DNA of 64,000 nt from Eledone cirrhosa (lineage: Eukaryota), in NCBI GenBank assembly GCA_964016885.1, contig OZ024740.1, positions 255,750,001-255,814,000 on the forward strand, given 5' to 3'. The notes under the pieces were generated by a model that saw only the letters and a list, made by a program, of their open reading frames with translations, did not search any database and was not told the DNA's origin. Both the position numbers and the translations under genes were made by a program. Below are positions 54,119 to 64,000 of this stretch, one piece after another. Each line of letters begins with the position of its first letter. Within the stretch, counting starts at the first letter, position 1.

Positions 54119-55097
54119 TACAAATACTGTCAAGGCTTTCTATTTCAAACCAAGAAATGTCTTGACTTTAATACTTGCTATGACTGACAAATTTCCACCT
54201 GAACATTTAAGTATAAAAAAATCCCAAATGGTTTAAATTAACAATTCTTTGTCCTAAATAAATTTGTTATTCGTAAAAGTGTTATTGATATTAGATCGGG
54301 CTCACTTTGATGAATGCGGCAAAATGAACAATCAGTTTTATGCATCCTTATAATAATATGGCTCAGTCGAACAAGAGTAATTACGTATGGACAAAATTTA
54401 ATGAAGCAGGTTAGACTCATATAATTTTGCTTTATTGGAAGATTGTGAGAGGTTGCCAGAAAAAAATCTGACCAAAACGTTAAGGTTTCAAAAGCCGTCG
54501 CTTGTCATTTCTAACACAAGTATCAATAATCAAGAGATATACGCACAAAAAACTTCTGCCTTTTCTATTAGTCTCCACCTCACTAAATAACTATATCTAT
54601 AACACGCCATACTTCTGGTTGTTAAATGATAGATAGCAGAAATATATTTTAAAGCCTACCATCCGATTTTGTTTCTTCGCGACTTCCTTAATAATGCATA
54701 TTTTGCAGAGATGTATTTCGAATATGTATATTACGTAAAACACCTACGACATTATACTGATCGATATTTTCTCTCAATATGAAAATGGAAAGCACGATGA
54801 AAAACTTTCCGAATAAATATTTAGCCAATATTTTTTTAATTCCATTATGATAATTCATGATGTACACTTTCAAAAACCAATCTCTGCAAAAACTCACTGA
54901 TATGACCAAGATTTTGTTTAGTCTCATTACGAATACATATTGGAAGTATAAAGATATGACAGTCATAATGAACGGAAATATGCAATAATGAAAATGCTCA
55001 ATATTTTTTACTTAAATATTTCATCTGCATAATCGTGTCTACACTGAAAACACAACCGATTTCTTTCAGAGAGAGAGAATCAATGACAATACTAGAC

Positions 55098-55600
<503 letters not shown>

Positions 55601-55614
55601 CAATTCTGTCTTGT

Positions 55615-56100
55615 TGGTGTCTCCCCACTTGGCATCTTTCTATGACTCATATTGTTTCCCCATATCCCATTTCAGAACTCCTTAGCCTCATCTGTATTAG
55701 GGATAGCGTCCTTCCCATTCTAATTAAGTCCTTCTAAACTGCGGAAGAATAGTTTTCTATTATTTTAGAACAATCTATCATCCTCGAACTGTTTATTTCT
55801 ATTTATATATCTCCTTATCGACGGAATTTTCGAGAGAATTCCCTGTTTTATCTGTCCTATAACTGTATTGAATCCATTCTTCCATATTTTATATGTCTTG
55901 TCTAGTGATTCTCAATCAGTTTTTCCCCATTTTTCCACTTTCCACAAGACAATTTCTCAATTTTACTTAGATCCTGCCTTGATCGCATTATGGCATTTTC
56001 AATGCATCCTTTCCAACATGATTCTTTTGCTTTATTCTGTTTACTGCTCGTCAGTCACATTTGTTGCTTTATAAGTAGCGCAACAGCTCGGGTGAGGTTC
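55615..56100 (-). pseudogene. Degenerate R4/Dong-like LINE fragment (region N-terminal to RT)
   Basis: Manual minus-strand translation gives KESCWKGCIENAIMRSRQDLSKIE... and VIGQIKQGILSKIPSIRRYINRNKQFEDDRLF*NNRKLFFRSLEG...PNTDEAKEF*NGIWGNNMSH. This resembles the pre-RT region of R4/Dong ORFs (LKQ...IxRY...QNRLF...FWxxIW). Several stops are present. Confidence 0.6.
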
Positions 56101-56203
56101 CTAGTTTGATTTATGTCTCCTGACTGGATGTGTTGTATGACAGCTTTTATTTTTTGTAGTTTCAATTATCACAATCCTATCTTCTCTTCTCATATTATTA
56201 TTA

Positions 56204-57853
56204 ACAATGATATCGATACCTGTAACAGCGATCTCAGCAGCACCAGTAAGACCAGTGGCGGCAGCAATAGTGGTGCTGCTGAAAAAGGGATCGCATCTTT
56301 TGCAGGTGTCGCCCGAAATATCGAAACAGTGTTAGTCACAGAGGTGGAGATGGCAGTCGCAAGGGCCATGGTGACAAGAAACGCCAATAGAGTCTACCTG
56401 AAACCTCCACCCGATTTCTTCAAAGACCAGCAGCTACGGACGGTGACTTACCGCACCGTAAGCAAAATCTCACATCGGGTGGAGAGAGCCACGGAGGCTC
56501 AAATCCAAAATGCCTTGGGGTGCGTCTGGGCACGCAAAACCCACATTACCCGAGGCAGAAAGTACGCCACAGTAGACGTACCCCCCCCCCGGAAGCAAAG
56601 TCTCACACTTTGGAAACCCTAAAGAGTGAAGAGATAGTCTTGGTGCTCTCCTACTGCGGGCAGAAACTTGTGAGGGTCAAAGTGACCCAGGTCCCACCCG
56701 ACGTGCCCGTACCTTGGCTGGCCGCGTCTGTCTTTGCTGGAATCGAGGAGAGGACGACCATGCTGCAAGTAGAGAAAATAGGGAGAGAGAACTGGTCAGG
56801 TATAGGCATGCAAATGCTTATACAAACTGACCAGGAATGTATCGACGCTATCCCGATATCATAGACGTTGAGGAAGGACTCCAACTACCTATAAGCGTAG
56901 AAGGAAGACGGCCAAAATGTTATCTCTGTGAGTCAAAGGGTCACCTCAGGGTCTTTGCCCGCGGAAAACATCGAAGAAGAAGGCCTCTCTCCTTCCAATA
57001 CTTAGTCCGCTGCTACCAAGAGCAGGACAGGCAACAAACGCAGAAGCCCCCTCCACGGTGAGTAGGAGGGCAACGTCCGTGGCACCTGTACCAAGGCCAC
57101 GGACAACTAAAGCAGCAGCATCAGTGGCGGCAACACCAATAGCTACATTTGCAGTAGCTGCACCAGCAACAAAATTGCCGGAGAGGGCTCCACTACCACC
57201 ACAAACAGCCGTGGAGCACGTACCTCTCCCAGACGCAACGGAATCCGACATGGAGTTTGAGGCGGGAGTGAAGTGGCAAACGGTCTGCCACAAAAAAGAA
57301 AAAAAAGAAAAAAACCCTTAGCTTCACCCTCCAAAAGCGAAGGCACATAAAGAGGGGTAAAGGCAGCAAGGAAACTTACAGCAACACCACCACCACCACC
57401 ATCACCACCACAAGCACCACCGCCAACAACAACCACACCACCACCAGCATCACCAAAGACACCAACAACGCAAACAAAACAAAACACACACACCCAACAG
57501 CAACAAGAAGAAAACAGCAACAAAATCCCCCCCCCCCCCCCCCCGCACAAAAAAAGTACACAGCCATAAACATGGCAAAAAAAGAACTCATACAATATAT
57601 AAAGCAGCACACAGACATCACAGAAAAAAAACTACTACACCCCACCAACACCAAGATCTCTCCGACAAACATAAGCATCATTGAAATCTCAATAGAACAG
57701 TACAAACCTTTAAAACAAAAATTCCCCAACGAAGTTGGAGACTTCAGAGCGTCGGTTACCAAGAGGATATACTCTGATATCCTCTTGGAAACATCCATGA
57801 CCAGCCAAAAGGACGGTTCTACTGTCCCTTCACCACACGATCAAGGTAAGTGA
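56204..57853 (+). pseudogene. LINE ORF1 (gag-like) pseudogene with zinc knuckle
   Basis: Consecutive ORF pieces (56113-56622, 56520-56864, 56837-57061, 57058-57321, 57572-57853), some broken at homopolymers. VEGRRPKCYLCESKGHLR at ~56897-56950 is a CX2CX4H knuckle whose last Cys is one base out of frame. A Pro/Thr/Ala-rich tail follows. Confidence 0.7.
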
Positions 57854-57885
57854 CCCTTTCTCACTTGGCCCGTTTCTCATCCAAC

Positions 57886-59911
57886 ATGGGCGTATTCAGA
57901 ATAGGCAGTATAAATGCACGTGGCCTGGGGTCATCTTGGAAGCTGGGTCACCTGCTCAACGACCTCAGGTCACTAATCATAGATGTGGTGGCCATCAGCG
58001 AGACTAGAATCTCAGAAGCGCAAGCCTTCGCACCGATCTTCGGCGGCTACGATGTATACGCATCTCCCAGCCCTCCAGGATCAAGGGGAGGGGTTGCCGT
58101 CCTTTTTCGGAGAGGCTTGGATCTCGCCATACGGGCCATCTTCCTAGACCCAGAAGGTAAGTCGGTGGTGCTGGACGTGACCGGCAGCGAAGGCAATGCT
58201 TTCAGGCTAGTAGCCGTCTACGCCCCAACAGATTTCTTTAGACGTCTAGAGACCTTTCTTGGAACGTCCCGCTCTTTAGTGTTAGTGGGCGACTGGAACG
58301 GTATCTTGGAGGCACGCTGGGATTGTGTGGGGCTAGTGGATAGGGGTGAGGGTGCCAGAGCCTCACCAACCTGCTCAGACGTTTGGAACTGTCTGACAGG
58401 TATCGACTGAATCACCCGAATGTGCCAATGTGGACATGGACAAACCGCATCGGATCATCCAGATCGTATCTCGATAGGGTATTCTGCAGAGAACTAGATA
58501 AGGCTAGTATAAGTTGTCCACAATTTAAAATAGTCGACTACATAGACCACAAATTTGTGATCTGTGAGGTCGACATAGACAGACTTCATAGACAAGGGCC
58601 CGGTTACTGGAAGTTGAACGCGTCTTTCCCGGCGCGCAAAGCCAACAAAGACCGGATTAGCGTATGAGTTAAGTGGGCGTTGACGGGAGCGGTCGTCAAC
58701 AACAGGTGGTGGTTCGCCCTGAAAAGGGCAATTAAAGTTAAGTCGATTAGGTTTAGTAAAAGACTAGTGATAGAGGAAAATAGAGTAGAGGGAGAGCTAG
58801 TCAGACAGTTAGAAGAAGCATTTAGGACAGGCATCGGCAACCGACGTGCTTGCGGCGAGATTGGCACTCGACCAATTCTTCAACGCAAGGAATACGAAGC
58901 GGTGATAGGAGCAAAGATAAACCAAGAAAAGTCGGTAGGATTGCAAGTCCATGCCGTCCGACAGCGTCGTGGCGCGTTGGACGGACGGACCGGTTAAATT
59001 GCTCAGGATCTGGTTCGGACCGGACCTCCAGATAGAGAAAAACTGGAGCGAGGTGACGAGCAGGGTGGCCTCCCTCACCCAGAAATGGGCCGAGAGGAAG
59101 CTGTTCCTGAAAGGCCTGGCGGAGGTGCCGAATGCGTACATCGCATTCGTCATATGCTACCGCCTCACCGTCGTCCCTTGCCCCGGCCCAATTCTCACCA
59201 AAATAGAGCGCCTCCACTTCCGCTTTTTGTGGAAGGGACGCGCTCCCATGGTCAGACGATCCATCTGCTGTCAACACCCGTGGCGTGGAAGACTGGGCAT
59301 GCCATGGTTGATGATGCGCAAACATGCGCTGAGGCTGCGACATCTCTGGTGCTTCCTTGATGGTGAACAGGTGTGGTCGCCGTTCGCCAGGCACGTTTTC
59401 CCACAGCTCGTCTCCTTGACGGAGCTGCAGTCCTGGGTCAGGAAAAGACCGGGGGATAGCGCTTGGAAACTGGAATGTCTCCAGGCGCTCACTGCCCTCT
59501 GCCAGCTGGGCACCAGTATCGGCGGAACATCCACCTCGGCGTTCTATAGAGGACTAGTGGAGGGGAAGAGCGACCTCGTTCTCAGAGAGATCCTGGGCGT
59601 CGAAGAGGATTAGCTGTTTGCTCTCTTCCGGGAACTTTCAGCCCAGGGCCTATGGATAACTTCTAAAAATCCCGGTTTTCAACTGCCTGGTGGCCATGGC
59701 AAAAGAGATTGTATGGTGGACAAGGTTGAAAGGGTTAAAGACAGATAATTTCCTCTTCGGCGAATCTCTAATTAGCTTTTTCAAGTTTCATTTGAAGAGG
59801 AAAATTAGGGTGGAGAGGCAAATGCTGCCTTCTAGCAAGTTTGTTGAAAGGTGGGTGAATGTAGCGAGAATGGTCCGAGTGAACGGGATCGCTCTGAATA
59901 TACGCCTGTAG
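57886..59911 (+). pseudogene. LINE ORF2 pseudogene: APE endonuclease plus post-RT region, RT core missing
   Basis: APE motifs SINARGL, AISETR, VAVYAP, LVGDWN, WTW...SYLDRVF, DHK and GPGYWKLN. Then YEAVIGAKINQEKS, VKLLRIWFG and GRLGMP from after the RT core. No YADD or QG-PLSP motif lies between the two groups. Confidence 0.85.
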
Positions 59912-60208
59912 TTTGAGAAATGGAAAAATTGAGAGAGGGCACTTGCCCTGGTCGTCAGGTTGGCCGTAGTCTTTTGTTTTCGCCACGAGTAACGCTCACA
60001 GGTTTCTGCCGTATTGGGGAATTTTACATTGTTTCAATTTTCATTTTTATTGTTTATATATATATATGTTTCTATGTCTTTTTTTTCTTTTTTTATATAA
60101 ATAATAAAAATCTTTATACGCACAAACCCACATCGTACCGTCCTGTACCGTCCTGTGCCATCTGTAATGTTTTTCTTGATGTCAGCCCTTGTGGCCAATA
60201 AAGAAATC

Positions 60209-62212
60209 ATTATTATTAGAGTCTCAGTCATTGATGTTATATAACTGGAAAGTTTGTTGAAATGAATATCAAACCGCTACCTGCAGCCTCAGATATTCAG
60301 GACGTATCGGAGGGTTCTTGCTGTTCCCAGCAAGCATGCCTTTTGAAGTGTTCCAAAAAGCGGGGCTGGACTAATCTTCTTTAATCATCCTTGGAAACTC
60401 TTTGATATAGTACCTAGTACGCCTATGACAATCGGGACGACCTTGATTTCATGGCAGTTGCAAATCCTTTTTAACTCCCACTTTAAATCCTGGTATCGGT
60501 TAATTTTCTCCCTCTCCTTTTCTTGCACTCTCGTGTCAAATGGGCAGGCTACATGTACAATCAGGCACCATCTTTTTCCTTGTCCAAAACCACCAGGTCA
60601 GGCCTATTGTGTTCTAATTTCTTGTCCGTCTGTATCCTAAATTCCCATAGCACCTTCACCTGATCGTTTTCTATCACATACTCTGGCTTATGTTCATACC
60701 ACTTCTCAGAATGTGGCAAATTGTTTACTTTGCATATATGCCAGTGGATCACCCTGCCTATCACATCATGTCTCCAGCCTTTACAATGAGTCTGGGCTAG
60801 GTGGCTACACTCGGTTACAATGTGAGCCACAGTTTCCTCTCTCTCCAAGAACGTGTTTCACCCACTTCGTTCTGAGGGCTTGCTCTTGCGCAGCCATTAG
60901 CATTCCTTCTGTAGCTTTTTTAAGGTCTCCTCTTTTTAACCAGTTCCATGTCTGTCGATCTCTAAATTCAGTTTTCTTAAAGAAGGTACTACGAAGGGAT
61001 TTTTCATGAAGGTTGCTCTTCCTCCTTGTTGTTATTTCCTCCTTGGACATCCCCTGGTCTATTGTCTTCTCCTTCAGTACACTTTTGAGCATTGGCTCCC
61101 TACTGTCCGTCACATATTTGTGCAAATTGTTTTTCTCCATCTGAACACAGTCCTCTATGCTGATAAGACCTCTTCCACCTTCAGATCTCTTTAAGTAGAG
61201 TCTATCGACATCACTCCTCTTGTGGAACATGTTGTAGATAGTCAGTAGCTTCCTAGTCTTCCTATCCATTTCTTTTTGTTAAGCAACATTCCATCTCAGA
61301 ATTCCCGTACTGTACCTAATAATAGACACAGCTCGGGAATTTACTGAACTTATGACATTCCTACTATTTAGATGTGACTTTAATACGCTCCTTACTCTCC
61401 GAATGTATTCAGATCCTATCAATTCCTTCATTTCTTTGTTCTTGATGTCATCTGCCTCCAGAACACCTAAATATTTGTATCCTTCTTCACTGTCAATTTC
61501 CTTTATCATCTCCCCTGTTGGTACCTGGATTCCGTTGCTTCTGCTCAACTTCCCCCTCTTCATCACAAGGGCTCCACACTTACTAATACCAAATTGCTTA
61601 CATATATCATTGCTGAAAATACGGAGTGTCAACAAGCACATCCAACTCCTTCTCACTCTTCCTAAAGAGTTTAAGATCGTCCATGAAGAGGAGGTGGTTG
61701 ATGGTAAGCTCTCCTTTTCCCAGCTCTCACGTTTCGCAATATAACGGACAGGGGTATCAGGGCAAGGACAAACAGCAGAGGGGACAAACTATCTCCCTGG
61801 AAGATACCTTTCATGATCTTCACGCCTCCCAAGGATTCTCCACCTGTTTCACAGGACTTCATACTTTTTCTCAACAACTATCTGATGTTATCTGCCACCT
61901 TGAAGATCTCTAGGCTTTTGTTTATCCAAGAATGAGGTACCACGTCGAATGCCTTTTTGTAGTCTATCCATCCCATGGTAAGACCAGTGTGCCTCCAGTT
62001 GTTTATGTAGAGGTGATGGTAGATTTCCTCAAACACAATGCTTATTAGCAGTTTCCACATTACGGATAGACATGTGATAGGCATATAGTTGGTAACCCTT
62101 TATTCGGTCTTTCATTACCAGAACTGTGGTACCTTTTGTCTACCACTCTGGTACCTCACCCGACATCAAGCAGTCATTGAACATGTTTGTCAGTTTCGGG
62201 TGGAGGGATGTT
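60209..62212 (-). mobile_element. R4/Dong-clade LINE (RT plus restriction-like endonuclease), 5'-truncated and decayed, with a (TAA)n tail
   Basis: Minus-strand motifs in order: NYMPITCL, WIDYKKAFDVVPH, GIFQGDSLSPLLF, HLLFMDDLKLF, YKYLG, GGRGL, AAQEQAL, ETVAHIVTEC...RHD, NRPDLVV, KINRYQDL, VVPIVIGVLG, LQKACLLGTARTLR. Stop at ~60289, short 3' UTR, then TAATAATAAT. Dong elements are known to target TAA repeats. Confidence 0.85.
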
Positions 62213-62617
62213 ATATTATTTTTTTTCGTAGTCCTACAGTAGTTATTTTATAATACCTTTCTATTTGCATAAGGCCCCCTTCCCCCGTATGTTCGTGGCA
62301 GGTATACTCATTCTACATCTGATTTCCGTGGTGTATTCTAAATGCAGTAATTATTTTTTTTTTGTCTTTCTGTCCACTCCAGTTAGTTCGTTTAGTGTCC
62401 AGTTCAGAATATCAAAGCTGTAGCTTACTACTAGGATGCTAAATTGTTGATGCGAATCACCTTATTCTTTGCATTTAGACCAGTTTTAAGTAGTAGTCTA
62501 AATTGTCTGTAGTATTCATTTTTAATCTTCTCTTTCATTCTGTTATATGCCCAGTGTCTTCCTGGCACCTAGAGCAAATAAACTCACTGTATACAATGGT
62601 AAGCCAAATTGATTATA

Positions 62618-62657
<40 letters not shown>

Positions 62658-62670
62658 TGCCCCCTCGATA

Positions 62671-62743
62671 TCGCGTATGGCCATTGCACGATATAACATT
62701 ATCAATAATTATCAATTAATGCTATCGTGCAATGCATGTGCGA
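62671..62743 (+). other. ~73-nt hairpin inside a ~330-bp unclassified segment (62654-62985) bounded by TA microsatellites
   Basis: TCGCGTATG pairs with CATGTGCGA (two G-U pairs), then a 2-nt bulge; CATTGCACGATA pairs perfectly with TATCGTGCAATG; CATT/AATG pair further in. Confidence 0.55.
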
Positions 62744-62980
62744 GAAGTTTTTTTTAAGTGAGGAAATACTGTGCACTGAGCCAATCCCACTCTCTGAGCG
62801 ACAGTAGCTATAACTCGAAAAGAAGAAAAGATCAACATCATCGGTAACTACTGACCCGCAGGTTTTATGTCGGAGTTATCCCAGTTTCTTGAGTTGCCTT
62901 CTCCAAGAAGAATGCCCTGACAAAGGTTAGGGGTTCTTCACTCCCAGTGGTTTAACCACGTGATTGGGTATCCAGCCCGA

Positions 62981-63030
<50 letters not shown>

Positions 63031-63031
63031 A

Positions 63032-64000
63032 TTAGCAGAAGTGCCAGGCGTTGCTTGGAGCTTAATTGCTTTAAAGCACTTTTAATGATTCCACTCAATT
63101 ATGAATATCGAGGCATTGAAAGTAAATACAGGTAAGTTTGAAAATATACAACAATAGCATCTACTCACTATATGTCAGACCGGCAAGACTGTAGTGGTGC
63201 TGAATAGAGAAGTCACAACAACTCTCTGTAGACCACATTTTTTGTTCTGCCTTTGGGCGCAAGTATGAATAAGTTCTGCTTGCATCCCACTCTTGAGCAT
63301 GCGACGTATAATTGGCCGTGTGAGAAGCACGACTGGGCTAAATGGAGGCCTGCCGTTGATAGCGTTTGGCCTTGGGACTTGTTGATTGACATCGCGAAGC
63401 AAATTTTAACGGGGAATTAAAGTCGGCGCAGAGTACAGGGTCATTCCGTACCTGATGGAATTAATGGTATTCTGGGTATGAAGACATTTTCTCAGCGCCA
63501 CAGCCCGTGAGAATTGTGGCTTCAATTACATGCGGCAGGAGGTTTCTTACCACTAACCGTGTTCCGTTGCAGAGACGTGGTGGTTCCAGGTTCCTCAACA
63601 GCATCACTGGAGTCCCAACTTTGACGCGCAGTTCATGAGGTGGCAGTCCAGAGAGGTCCAATGAATTGAGGAATTCTGTGGGAAAATCGTCAACCTCATC
63701 TTTGTCCACAACTTTATCCACAGATTTGTAGGTTCGGAGGTTTCCAGGAATGCGTTGCAGAAGGTCCTCATTGATTTTTGCAACAGAGACATTTTTGGGA
63801 GCCAATATGTCTCTATCACATAGCCAACTCGTTTTTTTGTAGTTGATGGCCATATCGGGAAAGACAGAGGCTGTGAGGTCGTCAACAGTGTCGACGACGG
63901 TGCCTACTTGCGAGAATGCCATTTCGCCAGCTGCATCTGAAGGTGCAGTGCCGTCACCAACTGTTAAGAGGTCCTTTGAGAAGTCGGCTGATGAGTGGTC
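63032..64000 (-). mobile_element. Helitron 3' portion (continues beyond the window)
   Basis: PIF1-like helicase remnant followed on the minus strand by CTCCAAGCAACGCCTGGCACTTCTGCTAA|T, a decayed subterminal hairpin plus CTRR end before a T, next to a TG/TA microsatellite. Confidence 0.85.
63213..64000 (-). pseudogene. Helitron RepHel C-terminal PIF1-family (SF1B) helicase pseudogene
   Basis: LLTVGDG, ILAPKN, FPTEFLNSL, GLPPH, VMLLRNL, LCNGTRL; after a frameshift near 63490: VFIPRIPL, FAMSINKSQGQTL, FSHGQLYVACSRV, TKNVVYREL*. Two in-frame stops in the distal part. Confidence 0.92.

Larger units (their letters stand above)
56204..60218 (+). mobile_element. Tx1/L1-clade LINE, 5'-truncated, internally deleted and frameshifted
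   Basis: Gag-like ORF1 remnants, APE endonuclease, post-RT domain and a 3' UTR ending AATAAAGAAATC(ATT)3. Flanked by ATTATTATTA at 56194-56203 and 60209-60218. Confidence 0.85.

Noticed and set aside
56190-59986. Minus-strand ORFs overlapping the Tx1-like LINE
   Set aside because: Antisense shadows of the LINE coding sequence with no recognisable motifs.
63461-63922. Host PIF1 helicase gene
   Set aside because: Intronless, frameshifted and stop-containing, with Helitron-type motifs and a Helitron 3' terminus.

Overview
Eukaryotic, repeat-only window, probably cephalopod/octopus-like. That is an inference from SINE-like fragments and the dense TA/CA/CAT microsatellites. No intact host gene is visible. 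Bases 1-51886 are one tandem array of a 24-bp monomer (consensus TTAACACATGGACATAGACATACA, about 2,160 units, open at the left edge). The monomer is built from four related hexamers and is organised into nested higher-order duplications of 120 bp to 6.2 kb, traceable by variant monomers. All long ORFs there are repeat artefacts. The last 12 kb holds decayed transposons. These are: a ~350-bp inverted repeat whose arms each carry a minimal type I hammerhead-ribozyme motif of the Penelope-like pLTR kind; a Penelope-like RT fragment; an internally deleted Tx1/L1-clade LINE joined tail-to-tail through an (ATT)n/(TAA)n tract to an R4/Dong-clade LINE; a second, older Dong-like fragment; SINE-like fragments; a G-U-containing hairpin; and the 3' end of a Helitron with a PIF1-like helicase pseudogene. 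I cannot support a clearly new biological system. The strongest leads are the back-to-back hammerhead palindrome and the layered higher-order structure of the satellite.
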